Source: Candidatus Forterrea multitransposorum CG_2015-17_Forterrea_25_41 (lineage in GTDB: Archaea; Iainarchaeota; Iainarchaeia; Iainarchaeales; CSSED10-239). Taken from it: a stretch of 64,000 nucleotides of DNA. The first letter of the stretch is position 1; the number at the start of each line of letters is the position of its first letter. Of this stretch, positions 10,212-19,985 are shown in pieces. A model generated the notes under the pieces. It did no database searches, was not told the origin of the DNA, and saw only the letters and a program-made list of their open reading frames with translations. Made by a program: the position numbers and the translations under genes. Location of the stretch: contig CP045477.1 in NCBI GenBank assembly GCA_009392915.1, positions 448,001 through 512,000 on the forward strand, written 5' to 3'.

Positions 10212-12125
10212 ATGAAAATAAAAATAACATTTCCAGATGGTTCCATAAAAGAAATTGACTCTGGAAAAACAGCAGAAGAAGTAATAAGAGAAGAGATCGG
10301 TGAAGGTCTTTTAAACGCAAGCATAGCTGTAAAAATAAATAATGATATTAAAGACTTATCAACTCCAATAACGAACGATTGTGATTTTAAAGTACTTACA
10401 ACAAAAGATATAGAAGCAAAAGAAGTTTTATGGCATAGTTCAGCACATATCTTAGCTTATGCTATAGAAAAAATATATCCAGAAGTAAAACTAACTATTG
10501 GACCTGCTATTGAAAATGGTTTTTACTATGATTTAGATTTAGACACACCAATAACAGAAGAAGACTTTGAAAAAATAGAAAAAGAAGCTGAAAAAATAAT
10601 TTCAGAAAAACTACCTTTCATAAGAAAAGAATTTAGCTATCAAGAAGCAAAAGAAATGTTTAAAGATAACCCTTACAAAATAGAAATGATTGAAGATTTA
10701 GAAAAAGAAAATCAACCAATAACATACTATTCTTTAGGAGACTTTAAAGATCTTTGTAGAGGACCACACTTAAAACATTCAGGAAAGGTAAAAGCTTTTA
10801 AAGTTTTAAAAACATCAGGTGCCTACTGGAGAGCAAATTCTAAAAATAAACAATTAAAAAGAGTATATGGTATTTCTTTCTTTTCAAAAGAAGAAATGAA
10901 AGAATACTTAATAAAACAAGAAGAAATTGCAAAAAGAGATCATAGAAAAATAGGAAGAGAACTTGATCTTTATTCTTTCCAAGAAGAAGCACCAGGTATG
11001 CCTTTCTTCCATGATAAAGGTTCTTTTATCTGGAATAAACTAGTTGAGTTTGTTTCACAGATAATGGAAGATAGAGATTATGAAGTTAATAAAACTCCAT
11101 TAATCCTAAACAGAAGTTTATGGCTTCAATCAGGTCACTGGGATCACTATAAAGAAAACATGTATTTTACAAAAATAGATAACCAAGACTTTGCAGTAAA
11201 ACCAATGAATTGTCCAGGAAACATCTTAATCTATAAAGCACATCAATATTCATATAGAGATCTTCCTATAAGAGCAGGAGAGTTTGGTTTAGTTCATAGA
11301 CACGAACTTTCAGGAGTTCTTTCTGGTCTTTTCAGAGTAAGAGCTTTTACTCAAGATGATGCCCATGTCTTCTGTACTGAAGAACAACTAAAAAATGAAA
11401 TTAAAGATTTAATTGATTTCATGGATGTTGTTTATAAAACATTTAACTTCTCTTACAGCATGGAACTTTCAACAAAACCTGATAAAGCTATGGGTGACCC
11501 TAAGATATGGGAAATGGCAGAAAATACTTTAGAAGAAGTTTTAAAAGAAATGAAAAAAGACTTTAAGATAAACCCTGGTGATGGTGCTTTCTATGGTCCA
11601 AAAATAGATTTCCATTTAACAGATGCTATTGGTAGAAAATGGCAATGTGGAACAATACAACTTGATTTCCAAATGCCTGAAAAGTTTGATCTAACATATG
11701 AAGCTGCAGATAACACTAAAAAAAGACCAATTATGCTTCACAGAGCTGTTTTAGGCTCAGTTGAAAGATTTATGGGTATTTTAGTTGAGCATTTTGCAGG
11801 TAAATTTCCACTTTGGATCTCACCTATGCAAGTAATTATCCTTCCAATAGCTGATAGACATAACGAGTATGCAGAAAACCTAAGACAAGCACTTAAAAAA
11901 GAAGGTTTTAGAGCAAAGATTAACGATAAAGCAGAGACAATGAACAAAAAGATAAGGTCTGCTCAACTTGAGAAAATAAACTATATTTTAGTTATTGGAG
12001 ATAAAGAGCAAGAAAACCAAACAATAAATGTAAGAACAAGAGATGAAAAGATTTTAGGTGAGATGAAATTATCTGACCTTATTGAACAAATGAAACAAGA
12101 AATTTTAAAGAAAGAGATTAAATAG
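10212..12125 (+). CDS. thrS: threonyl-tRNA synthetase
   Basis: 637 aa. N-terminal TGS-like domain, class II motifs (FRVRAFTQDDAHVFC, GPKIDF) and Zn-binding residues. AGGAG SD upstream. Confidence 0.95.
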   Translation: MKIKITFPDGSIKEIDSGKTAEEVIREEIGEGLLNASIAVKINNDIKDLSTPITNDCDFKVLTTKDIEAKEVLWHSSAHILAYAIEKIYPEVKLTIGPAIENGFYYDLDLDTPITEEDFEKIEKEAEKIISEKLPFIRKEFSYQEAKEMFKDNPYKIEMIEDLEKENQPITYYSLGDFKDLCRGPHLKHSGKVKAFKVLKTSGAYWRANSKNKQLKRVYGISFFSKEEMKEYLIKQEEIAKRDHRKIGRELDLYSFQEEAPGMPFFHDKGSFIWNKLVEFVSQIMEDRDYEVNKTPLILNRSLWLQSGHWDHYKENMYFTKIDNQDFAVKPMNCPGNILIYKAHQYSYRDLPIRAGEFGLVHRHELSGVLSGLFRVRAFTQDDAHVFCTEEQLKNEIKDLIDFMDVVYKTFNFSYSMELSTKPDKAMGDPKIWEMAENTLEEVLKEMKKDFKINPGDGAFYGPKIDFHLTDAIGRKWQCGTIQLDFQMPEKFDLTYEAADNTKKRPIMLHRAVLGSVERFMGILVEHFAGKFPLWISPMQVIILPIADRHNEYAENLRQALKKEGFRAKINDKAETMNKKIRSAQLEKINYILVIGDKEQENQTINVRTRDEKILGEMKLSDLIEQMKQEILKKEIK

Positions 12126-12173
12126 TTTCTCTTTATTCTCTTTTCTTTTTTTTTCTTTCGTTTTACTTTTTTT
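12126..12173. terminator. T-rich convergent terminator region between thrS (+) and the DUF134 gene (-)
   Basis: Long oligo-T runs on the plus strand. A-rich on the opposite strand. Confidence 0.2.
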
Positions 12174-12181
12174 TAAAAAAA

Positions 12182-12481
12182 CTATTCTTCAAAATAATAA
12201 TTATTATCATCTTCAAGCTTTATAGCTTTTCCATTTACTAAAGCAGAAGAAATCTTTTTTCTAGCATCAATTAAAAGTCTATGAAAAGTAGGTTGAGAAA
12301 TATTCATTCTTTCAGCACATTCTTTTTGCTCTAAACCTAAAAAATCTTTAAGCCTAATAGCTTCAATTTCAACAAAGCTTAATACTTCTTCTTCAATTTC
12401 TCTTAAAGGTATTCCAGCTGGTTTAAAATAATTAGAGGATGGTTTATGTGAAATATTTCTCATTCTTCTTTTTCTTGGCAT
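12182..12481 (-). CDS. DUF134/UPF0251-like putative DNA-binding protein
   Basis: MPRKRR... N-terminus followed by an HTH-like segment (ECAERMNISQPTFHRLL). Family call from memory. Confidence 0.55.
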   Translation of the reverse strand: MPRKRRMRNISHKPSSNYFKPAGIPLREIEEEVLSFVEIEAIRLKDFLGLEQKECAERMNISQPTFHRLLIDARKKISSALVNGKAIKLEDDNNYYFEE

Positions 12482-12500
12482 ATTTTAAAACCTTTTTTTC

Positions 12501-12857
12501 TTAATGTTTACAAGGAGTATTTAAATCTTTTAAATCAGCTATATTTTCAATTACTTCTTTTAAGAAATTATAATCTCCTGTTTTAAGAATAATATTTTTT
12601 TCTACAAATAAATCAATTGCTTTTTTACCCATACCTTTACTAAAAACTGTATCTATATTATTTTCTAAAATTTGATCTACTGGAGATTTAGAACTATTAT
12701 GATCTAAATAATTTTTAATAATTTTTAATTCTTTTAAAACTGTATCATATATTGCAAAAAAATTACAAGTTCCAAAATGATTGCTTAATTTTGAATCTAA
12801 ATTATTATTATCTTCTAATGAAATTAAAATTTTCATAAATAAATCCTCTAGTATCAT
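12501..12857 (-). CDS. NifX/NafY-like dinitrogenase FeMo-cofactor-binding domain protein
   Basis: HFGTCNFFAIYD matches the HFG...F.IYD motif of the NifB/NifX-like domain. 118 aa. Confidence 0.55.
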   Translation of the reverse strand: MILEDLFMKILISLEDNNNLDSKLSNHFGTCNFFAIYDTVLKELKIIKNYLDHNSSKSPVDQILENNIDTVFSKGMGKKAIDLFVEKNIILKTGDYNFLKEVIENIADLKDLNTPCKH

Positions 12858-12932
12858 TTAATATTTTTAAAATTAAATATTTAATGAATATATATAAATA
12901 TATAAAGAAAAGAAATAAAAGAACTACTCTTT

Positions 12933-13067
12933 TTAAAGAGTAGCTCTTCTTCTAAGACCCCTTCCTTTTGTTTGAGAAACACTTTCTCTTTCAGGATTGC
13001 ATCTTCCTCTTTTCATTCCAGTCATTGATCCTTTTCCATCAGGACCAGTTCCGTCTTTATTCGGCAT
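12933..13067 (-). CDS. small Gly/Arg-rich protein (DUF5320-like), 44 aa
   Basis: Hand-translated as MPNKDGTGPDGKGSMTGMKRGRCNPERESVSQTKGRGLRRRATL*. The MP..DGTGP..G..TGRG pattern resembles the small proteins usually encoded beside DUF134/NifX-like genes. Below the ORF-track length cutoff. Confidence 0.4.
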   Translation of the reverse strand: MPNKDGTGPDGKGSMTGMKRGRCNPERESVSQTKGRGLRRRATL

Positions 13068-13228
13068 ATTAAATTCCTCCTTTTCTTTTATGAATCTATA
13101 TTCATAATCATGTTACGAACAGTTTATAAAGCTATTGAATATATATTCATTTAAATAAAATACAAATATTTATAAAGATAATTAACAACATTAATTTATT
13201 AACAATAATAAATATAGGTGATATTAAT

Positions 13229-14158
13229 ATGGGATTATTTAAAAGAAAAACACCAGTTGTTCAAGAAAAAAAATCAGAATATGGACCAATTAACAGACTT
13301 GTAAGAAATGCTAAAGCAAAATCACAAGCAAAACAAAAAGCAAGAACACTAAAAGAAGTTGCAGAAATTAAATTTAATAAAATAAAAAGTGCTTTAAGAC
13401 TAAGACCTGCAAAAGTAAAAATAACTTATGAAGTTTTATCTAAAGAATATTCTTCTGCAGAAATTAAAAAAATAGATCAAAAACTTGCAATGCTTGAAAA
13501 AAGAGCAGAAGAAAGTCATAAAAGAATACTTGAACTTAAAGGTAAAACATTAAAAGATAATACAAATATCGAAGTTATTAATAGAAAAAAAATTGCACAA
13601 CAACTTCTTAAAGGAGAAGAAGTTAAAAGTATACCTAAAAGAAACGCAATTAATCCTGAAAGCTTAGAGGCAAATAAAGGAACAAAAGCATCTACTAAAA
13701 CCTTAAAAGAAATTGAAGCAGGAGATAAAAAAGTTTTAAAAACAAGAGAACTTGACAAACATTTTACTTCAGAAAAGAAAAGAGCAATGGTTTCAAAAGA
13801 AATAAGAAAAGAAATTGAGAATGCAAGATTAATAAATAAAGAAATTGCAAGTATTCAATCAATAAAATTTAATGACATTATAAAAAATCAACTAAAATCT
13901 TTTGGAACAATAGCAGAAACTAAACAAGCAAGAGAAGAAATTATTAAATCTCTTTACAATAAATATGAAAAAGGAGCAATTAATTTATCTGGTTTAAGAG
14001 ATTTAATTAAATATTTATCTGTTGAAGTTGAGATTGGTAAAAAAATGAATATTATAAATTCTGTTGAAAATGCAAACACTTATCTTTTAGGAAATGCTCA
14101 ACTTATAAATGAAATAAAAGATATTTCTGAAATAAAAAAGAAATTTAAGTTTTTTTAA
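13229..14158 (+). CDS. Lys-rich hypothetical protein (309 aa), possibly nucleic-acid binding
   Basis: Highly basic N-terminal half. Coiled-coil-like composition. No catalytic motifs. Confidence 0.35.
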   Translation: MGLFKRKTPVVQEKKSEYGPINRLVRNAKAKSQAKQKARTLKEVAEIKFNKIKSALRLRPAKVKITYEVLSKEYSSAEIKKIDQKLAMLEKRAEESHKRILELKGKTLKDNTNIEVINRKKIAQQLLKGEEVKSIPKRNAINPESLEANKGTKASTKTLKEIEAGDKKVLKTRELDKHFTSEKKRAMVSKEIRKEIENARLINKEIASIQSIKFNDIIKNQLKSFGTIAETKQAREEIIKSLYNKYEKGAINLSGLRDLIKYLSVEVEIGKKMNIINSVENANTYLLGNAQLINEIKDISEIKKKFKFF

Positions 14159-14164
14159 AAAAAA

Positions 14165-14728
14165 TTAAAGTTTCTTTGAATAAATACCCCAAAGATAATC
14201 TTTTTTATCTTTGTGGGTTCCTATTTTTTTTAAATTAAAAGAAAGATGCTTATTAATTGATCTTTTATTTTTTATTGGACTTTCTAAAATCTCACAAATA
14301 TATAATGAAAAGTCTAAAGACTTTGCATGTTTAAACATCTCTTTATTTAAAGACTCTCCAATTTTTGGAAAACTTCTATTTGAGACTAACTGTTTACCAA
14401 AAAGAACTTTATTTTCTTTTAATAATTTTTCATCAACATCTATTTCTTCTAAAAAACTAGGATTAAGTTTAATATATTTCTTTAAACTATAAGCTAAAAA
14501 ATAACCAACAACTTCTTCTTTATTTTTTGCAACAAAAAGGAAAGTATTTTTACATCTTAAAGATTTTAAAAGATTTTCAATTGAGACTTCATAGACTAAA
14601 AAACCATTATCTGTAACTTCTTTTTTATTTATTTTTAAATTATATTCTAAAAGTTGAGATTTTTGTAAATTATATATTTGTAAAATATCGTTTTTTTTAG
14701 CTTTTGTAATATTTATTTCTGAATTCAT
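14165..14728 (-). CDS. hypothetical protein (187 aa), weak GNAT-like features
   Basis: ORF only. A VVGYFLAY beta-strand-like segment gives a weak hint. Confidence 0.3.
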   Translation of the reverse strand: MNSEINITKAKKNDILQIYNLQKSQLLEYNLKINKKEVTDNGFLVYEVSIENLLKSLRCKNTFLFVAKNKEEVVGYFLAYSLKKYIKLNPSFLEEIDVDEKLLKENKVLFGKQLVSNRSFPKIGESLNKEMFKHAKSLDFSLYICEILESPIKNKRSINKHLSFNLKKIGTHKDKKDYLWGIYSKKL

Positions 14729-14774
14729 AGGTTATTACCAATTAAAATTATATTTTTCTTTTTAAAAAAAAGAA

Positions 14775-14856
14775 TGCAGGGTACAGGATTCGAACCTGTG
14801 AAGCACTAAGCAATGGATTTTGAGTCCATCCCCTTTGACCGCTCGGGAAACCCTGC
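14775..14856 (-). tRNA. tRNA-Leu (anticodon CAA)
   Basis: Minus-strand cloverleaf: acceptor GCAGGGT/ACCCTGC, anticodon stem ATGGA/TCCAT with loop CTCAAAA (U33-CAA-A37), long variable arm, T-arm GGTTCGAATCC. No encoded CCA. Confidence 0.85.
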
Positions 14857-14920
14857 TATATAAATATATTAAGAGAAGATATGTTTTTAAAAAGAAGTTA
14901 AAAGAAAATAATATTTATTG

Positions 14921-15520
14921 TTACTTAAAAAGATTTAAAATTAATAAAAAAACAGACAAAGAAATAAAAAAGAACAATTCAAAGATACCAGTGAAACCAA
15001 ACAAAAATAACATTAAAAGAGAGCCTCCTAAAGTTATTAAAAACCAATTAAAAGATTTTAGATATATTTTCTTATTATAAGAAGAAAGATATTTAGAGAA
15101 TAAAAATAAAGAAAACATTAAGAACAAAGAAAACAAAAAAGCAAATATATTATGAAAATTAAAAAAAGAAGTATTTTTAATTTCATAATCAACAAACTCA
15201 TAATCATTTTCAACAAAAGTGTTATCAATGGTTGGAGTTAAAACAGTCAATACTAAAAAAAGTATTGAAAATAAAAGAAATTTAAAAGATTTTTTATCAT
15301 GATAATTATATTTTTTATAAATATTATATATAGTTATAAATAATAAAATACCAGTTATCAATCCCCAAACTATAAACTTAAGCTTATAATCAAATAGATT
15401 TCCTATCTTACTTAAAGTATACTCAAAAGGAGATTCATTAAAGCTAAACCATAAAGTAAACAAAGGTATGCTTATTATAAAATAAGTTAAAACAGTGTTA
15501 TTAAATTTAGTAAAATACAT
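14921..15520 (-). CDS. polytopic membrane protein, unknown function
   Basis: Five or six hydrophobic helices. Confidence 0.35.
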   Translation of the reverse strand: MYFTKFNNTVLTYFIISIPLFTLWFSFNESPFEYTLSKIGNLFDYKLKFIVWGLITGILLFITIYNIYKKYNYHDKKSFKFLLFSILFLVLTVLTPTIDNTFVENDYEFVDYEIKNTSFFNFHNIFAFLFSLFLMFSLFLFSKYLSSYNKKIYLKSFNWFLITLGGSLLMLFLFGFTGIFELFFFISLSVFLLILNLFK

Positions 15521-15606
15521 ATATATTCTAATATAATATCATGCAATAATTATTAAAAATAGTATTATTTTTAAAATAAAAAAAAATAGAAAAATAATTC
15601 TAAAAA

Positions 15607-16038
15607 TTATTCTTCTAATGAAGTTCTACCTAGATTTTTATTTACACAAACTTTATTTTCACAAGTACAATCTTCTGGAGAGTAAGCTGCCTCATACATG
15701 AAAATCATTGTACAAATTTCTGGTTTTGTAAATTCAGATTCATATTCTTTGTTTATACAAGAAGTTGGATGACAATCAGAAGGCAAAGGAATACAGTCAT
15801 CATCTATTTGACATCCTTGAAATTGATCTAAAGAATCTATTTGTTTTGTAAAAATACCACCATCTTCTGCAATACATTTTTCAGGATAACTTTCTAATAT
15901 AGGATTTCCTGCAGCAACACATTCTTCAAAATTTGTAATTATTAGCTTATCTTTTACAAAAATAACAGGAAGTAAAATTCCAAGTAAAACAACAATAATT
16001 AATAATACAACTCCTAAAATAATATATTTTTTATTCAT
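15607..16038 (-). CDS. small secreted or membrane-anchored Cys-rich protein (12 Cys in a roughly 110-aa mature region)
   Basis: N-terminal hydrophobic anchor MNKKYIILGVVLLIIVVLLGILL followed by spaced Cys (C..C, DDDC, DC, SC, CTC, C.N). Confidence 0.4.
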   Translation of the reverse strand: MNKKYIILGVVLLIIVVLLGILLPVIFVKDKLIITNFEECVAAGNPILESYPEKCIAEDGGIFTKQIDSLDQFQGCQIDDDCIPLPSDCHPTSCINKEYESEFTKPEICTMIFMYEAAYSPEDCTCENKVCVNKNLGRTSLEE

Positions 16039-16084
16039 AATTATACTACACCTTTTTATTTAAAAAAAAGAAAAAAAGAAAAAA

Positions 16085-16963
16085 CTATCTTTTCTTTGAA
16101 TTCTTTTTATTTCTTGAAACTAAATAAACTATCCAACCTAAAAATGCAAATGGAATTATTACAAATAAAAATTTCAATAATGCATTTACACTATTTACAA
16201 AAGATCTTACAAGATCAGATAATTTAACAAGTGCTATATTAGAATAACTGTATTTTTCAGAAATATTTAAATTAATTGTAGAATAATCAACTCTTTGATC
16301 CATGTTCTTTAATGAATCTTCTAAATATTTAATTGTTCTTTCTTGATTAAATATTCTATCATTTAATTCTATTTTATCTGAAATTTTTTCAGCACTATTA
16401 TACATTTCTTGATATCTTAAAAGTCTTTCTCTTTCAACTTCAAGTTCAATTTCTCTATTAGTATAACTTCCAGTTATATCATTTGAATTTTCAGTAAAAT
16501 AAGTAACTTTACCAATCTCTCTTAATTGAGAAACAACAGAATCAAGTTTTGAAGATTCAACTTTAATAGAGTAAGAACCATAATATTCTTCTTTATTACC
16601 ATTTTCTCTTGTATTTAAACTTTCATTTAAAACTATTGAATCAGAAGAAGAAACAATTGACTTTACTTTTGAATCTGCAAGTTTAAATTCTCCACCTTTA
16701 ACTTCTAAAGAAAGACTAGAATTTTTTGTAATTTTTCTATCTTCAACTTCTGGTGCAAAATCTTGACTATAGCTTAAACCATAACCACCAGCATATTCCA
16801 TAGATTTAGAATACATGGCACTATCATTCATTGCAAAAGAATCTCTTGCAGAATAACTAGTTCCATTTGAAACTAAAAAAGTTAAAACTAAGAATGCAAC
16901 AACAACTAAAAGAATTATTAACCAATTTTCTTTTAATCTTATTAATTGTTCTTTAAAGCTCAT
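16085..16963 (-). CDS. membrane-anchored extracytoplasmic protein (DUF4349-like architecture)
   Basis: N-terminal TM, a roughly 230-aa Ser/Glu-rich ectodomain with coiled-coil and a C-terminal TM. Family assignment from memory only. Confidence 0.3.
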   Translation of the reverse strand: MSFKEQLIRLKENWLIILLVVVAFLVLTFLVSNGTSYSARDSFAMNDSAMYSKSMEYAGGYGLSYSQDFAPEVEDRKITKNSSLSLEVKGGEFKLADSKVKSIVSSSDSIVLNESLNTRENGNKEEYYGSYSIKVESSKLDSVVSQLREIGKVTYFTENSNDITGSYTNREIELEVERERLLRYQEMYNSAEKISDKIELNDRIFNQERTIKYLEDSLKNMDQRVDYSTINLNISEKYSYSNIALVKLSDLVRSFVNSVNALLKFLFVIIPFAFLGWIVYLVSRNKKNSKKR

Positions 16964-17092
16964 TTTTTTTATTCACCTCGTAACTATAAGTTTAATTAAC
17001 TAATTATTATATAAAAAGATTTAAAAAGAGGAACAAATACTTAGGAAAAAACCTTAAAGAACATTTCTTTTAAAAAATAAAAAAGATTAAAG

Positions 17093-17175
17093 CGCAGAGG
17101 ACGGGATTCGAACCCGTGTAGTCGTGAGACTCTAGCTTAGCAGGCTAGCGCGTTTGACCACTCTGCCACCTCTGC
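17093..17175 (-). tRNA. tRNA-Ser (anticodon GCT)
   Basis: Acceptor GCAGAGG/CCTCTGC, anticodon stem CTAGC/GCTAG with loop CTGCTAA, long variable arm, T-arm GGGTTCGAATCCC. Discriminator G. Confidence 0.85.
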
Positions 17176-17247
17176 TCTATTTGTTTTATTCTTCTTATAA
17201 ACAATTAGTAAATATTTATGCTTCTAAAAGTATTTAAAGGTATTTTT

Positions 17248-18150
17248 TTATTTTTTAGAGAAAACCTTTCCTAAAAAAACCTTTTTATTAACACCATACC
17301 TTTTAACATCAATATACCCTTTACCTTCTAATTTTTTAAGGTTTCTTGAAACAGTACCTTTTGGTAAAAAACATTCTTTTGAAAGATTTTTTTGCAAAAT
17401 ACCATTCTTTTCTAAAACAATTTTAATTATTTTTTGCTCATTTTCATTAAGTCCTAAAAGAAGATCTTCAGCTTCTATTTTTTCTTTATTTGAAGAAATT
17501 AAAGATTTTTTCTTTTTTAAAATAAACTTAACTAAAACAAAAAATACAAAAAAAGAAATAAAAAATATCATAAAAAACAAAAACCAATTAAATGGTTTTT
17601 TATCAATCATAGAAGAAAAATGAATTGAATAATTAATATCAAAATAAGAAATTGGCTCATTATAAGTTACTAAAAACTTATTATCTTGTATAGTTACATT
17701 TCTATAATCTAGAGAAAGAGAAATTATTTCTGTTTTTTTAGGTAAAATTAAAGAAAAACTATCCACATATTCTTTAAAAATAGGTAAATAACTAACAGAC
17801 CAAACATTTCCATTCTTAAAAGAATAAACATCAGTTAAATAAATTATTTCAAGAGTTAAAGAATTATCTAAAATACAGCAATTATTTAGATTAATTGTTA
17901 AAGTATTAAATGAATAATTATAATTAATATCTTTATTTGTATTCTTTATCTTAAGATCATAAACAGGAATAATTGGAAGAACAATAGAATCTCCTTTTTT
18001 AATTTCTGTAAATAAAACTATATCGTTTACTTGTAAAATACCATTCTCATTAACAGTAATAGAAGTATCTATTTTTTCTATATTATATGCAAAAGAATTA
18101 ACAGAAAATAAAACAATTAATAATAATAATAAAAAATAATAATTTTTCAT
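17248..18150 (-). CDS. membrane-tethered winged-helix transcriptional regulator with an extracytoplasmic N-terminal domain
   Basis: Signal peptide MKNYYFLLLLLIVLFSVNSFA, a roughly 170-aa beta-rich ectodomain, one TM (FNWFLFFMIFFISFFVFFVLV), then a cytoplasmic MarR/TrmB-like wHTH (ILQKNLSKECFLPKGTVSRNLKKLEGKGYI). Confidence 0.45.
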   Translation of the reverse strand: MKNYYFLLLLLIVLFSVNSFAYNIEKIDTSITVNENGILQVNDIVLFTEIKKGDSIVLPIIPVYDLKIKNTNKDINYNYSFNTLTINLNNCCILDNSLTLEIIYLTDVYSFKNGNVWSVSYLPIFKEYVDSFSLILPKKTEIISLSLDYRNVTIQDNKFLVTYNEPISYFDINYSIHFSSMIDKKPFNWFLFFMIFFISFFVFFVLVKFILKKKKSLISSNKEKIEAEDLLLGLNENEQKIIKIVLEKNGILQKNLSKECFLPKGTVSRNLKKLEGKGYIDVKRYGVNKKVFLGKVFSKK

Positions 18151-18229
18151 AATAATATATAGTATATTAAAATATTTAAAATGTATTATTTAATTTTTAT
18201 TAAAAAAAAAAGAAAAAGAAGAGAAATAA

Positions 18230-19753
18230 CTATTCAGTTATCTCTACATCTTCAGAAGCATTTAAAGAAACATACTTTTCTCTATGTCCAAAAGGAATAA
18301 AACCAAATAACTTTCTTTGTTCTTTAACCTTTAAAACATATTCAAGTTTGCTATCTACAGAAACAAGTTCAACATTTCCAATAACATTTTCTGTTTTAAT
18401 ATTATTTTCAATTAAAACATTGTTAATTGGTTTTATTTTTCTAACCTTTTCTTGATTTGAAATATACATTTCAGTCATACTTTCATCTGTAAATACTTCA
18501 TAGTCTTCTAAAGTCTCAATTAAAACATCATCACCTTTTTCTTTTCTAAGGTCTTTTTTAGCTTCAGCATTTATTGAAACATTAGATATCTTTACTTGTT
18601 CTTGAACAATCATTCTATTTTGAAGTTTTTCTTGAGCTTTTTCTGAAAGTGTATCAATTGGAGCAAAAGCTACAACAAAATTTTCAGAAACTATTGTTTT
18701 GTAAAGAGGATCTTGACTATCAACTATTCTTCTATTAACTAAACTTACTTCAATAGAATATTTGTTATCTCTAAATTCTTTCCCAAATACTTTTTCAATT
18801 AAATCTAGATTATTTTTTATAGATACTTGATAATTATAAGTATATACTCTTCTCATTTCAGGTAATACACTATTTGCTTGATTTCTAGTAGCAACTGATG
18901 TATTTGCTGAAACTGATCCAGAACCAGAATTATTTACTTGATTTGAAGCAGAAACAGATGCTCTTACTCTTTCAATATTCTTAATAGATTCTAAATTTTG
19001 TGATGAAGAAACTTGAGTATAAACTTCAGCTTTCACAGTTGAAACATCAATTTCAGAAGATTCATTTACAGAAACACTTGAATCAATTCTTTCTGTTGGA
19101 ACTGTTATACCACCTTCACGATCTACCATTAAATAAACTACTTTATCTGATGTTGATATATCAACTAAAGGAGTCATTTTAAAAACTAAATTATATTCTT
19201 CTTTTAAAAGTTCTTTTGAAGAGATTACTCTTGCATGGATTTTTGAATTATTATAGATAAATCCAGAATTATCGTTTACAACAGGAGTAAATTTAACACT
19301 TAAACCTAATTTATTTTCAGTTACTGGAGGTTTAGGTTTTTCTATAAATTTTTCAATACCAACTTTACATTCTTGTTCAGTTTCAAAAGATCTGATATTG
19401 TTAACTCCACAACCACTTCCACATTCTACAAACTCACAAGAATATTCTATTTCAGATTCTTGATTATAATTTGTTTTAGAATCTTCTTCTTGAACATCTA
19501 CATTAGTATGAACTTCAGAAGATATTACCCACATAGGAATACAAACAGCAGGACAGATTTCATCAATATTTCCTTGAGAATTATCAATTGTATCTATATT
19601 AATATTTGCATTCATATTAAGATTAGGAGTATTATCATCAACTACAATCATTTCTGTTACATAATCTGCATTTATTGGAGGAACAGCTAAAATTCCTACA
19701 GCAAATATAAAAGCTAACAGAATAACTGAAATTATTTTTTTTATAACATTCAT
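18230..19753 (-). CDS. secreted protein of unknown function (507 aa)
   Basis: N-terminal signal/anchor, an internal Cys cluster (CPAVCIP, CEFVECGSGCG) and a Ser/Val/Asn-rich low-complexity segment. Confidence 0.4.
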   Translation of the reverse strand: MNVIKKIISVILLAFIFAVGILAVPPINADYVTEMIVVDDNTPNLNMNANINIDTIDNSQGNIDEICPAVCIPMWVISSEVHTNVDVQEEDSKTNYNQESEIEYSCEFVECGSGCGVNNIRSFETEQECKVGIEKFIEKPKPPVTENKLGLSVKFTPVVNDNSGFIYNNSKIHARVISSKELLKEEYNLVFKMTPLVDISTSDKVVYLMVDREGGITVPTERIDSSVSVNESSEIDVSTVKAEVYTQVSSSQNLESIKNIERVRASVSASNQVNNSGSGSVSANTSVATRNQANSVLPEMRRVYTYNYQVSIKNNLDLIEKVFGKEFRDNKYSIEVSLVNRRIVDSQDPLYKTIVSENFVVAFAPIDTLSEKAQEKLQNRMIVQEQVKISNVSINAEAKKDLRKEKGDDVLIETLEDYEVFTDESMTEMYISNQEKVRKIKPINNVLIENNIKTENVIGNVELVSVDSKLEYVLKVKEQRKLFGFIPFGHREKYVSLNASEDVEITE

Positions 19754-19985
19754 ATGTTATTACCACCTTTTTATTTTTTGTATAAAATTATATAAAAGAT
19801 TATAACTTACTTTAATTAGCCTTTTAAAAATAATTAAAGCTACATTAAGTTATAAACTACAAAATACTTATAAACTTTATTATTTAAATAGAATAGGTGA
19901 AACATTGCGAAACTTTACGAAAAATAAGCTTAAAAACCAAAGAAAACTATATAATTTTAAAAGTTTTTTAAAAATTAGATAATAA

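Noticed and set aside
11738-11947. 69-aa minus-strand ORF inside thrS
   Set aside because: Antisense to ThrRS. Spurious.
13516-15080. Short ORFs 13516..13758(-), 14211..14492(+) and 14820..15080(+)
   Set aside because: They overlap longer, better-supported ORFs or the tRNA-Leu gene on the other strand. Low-complexity translations.
19000-19690. ORFs 19000..19182(+) and 19373..19690(+)
   Set aside because: Antisense to the 507-aa secreted protein gene. Low-complexity.
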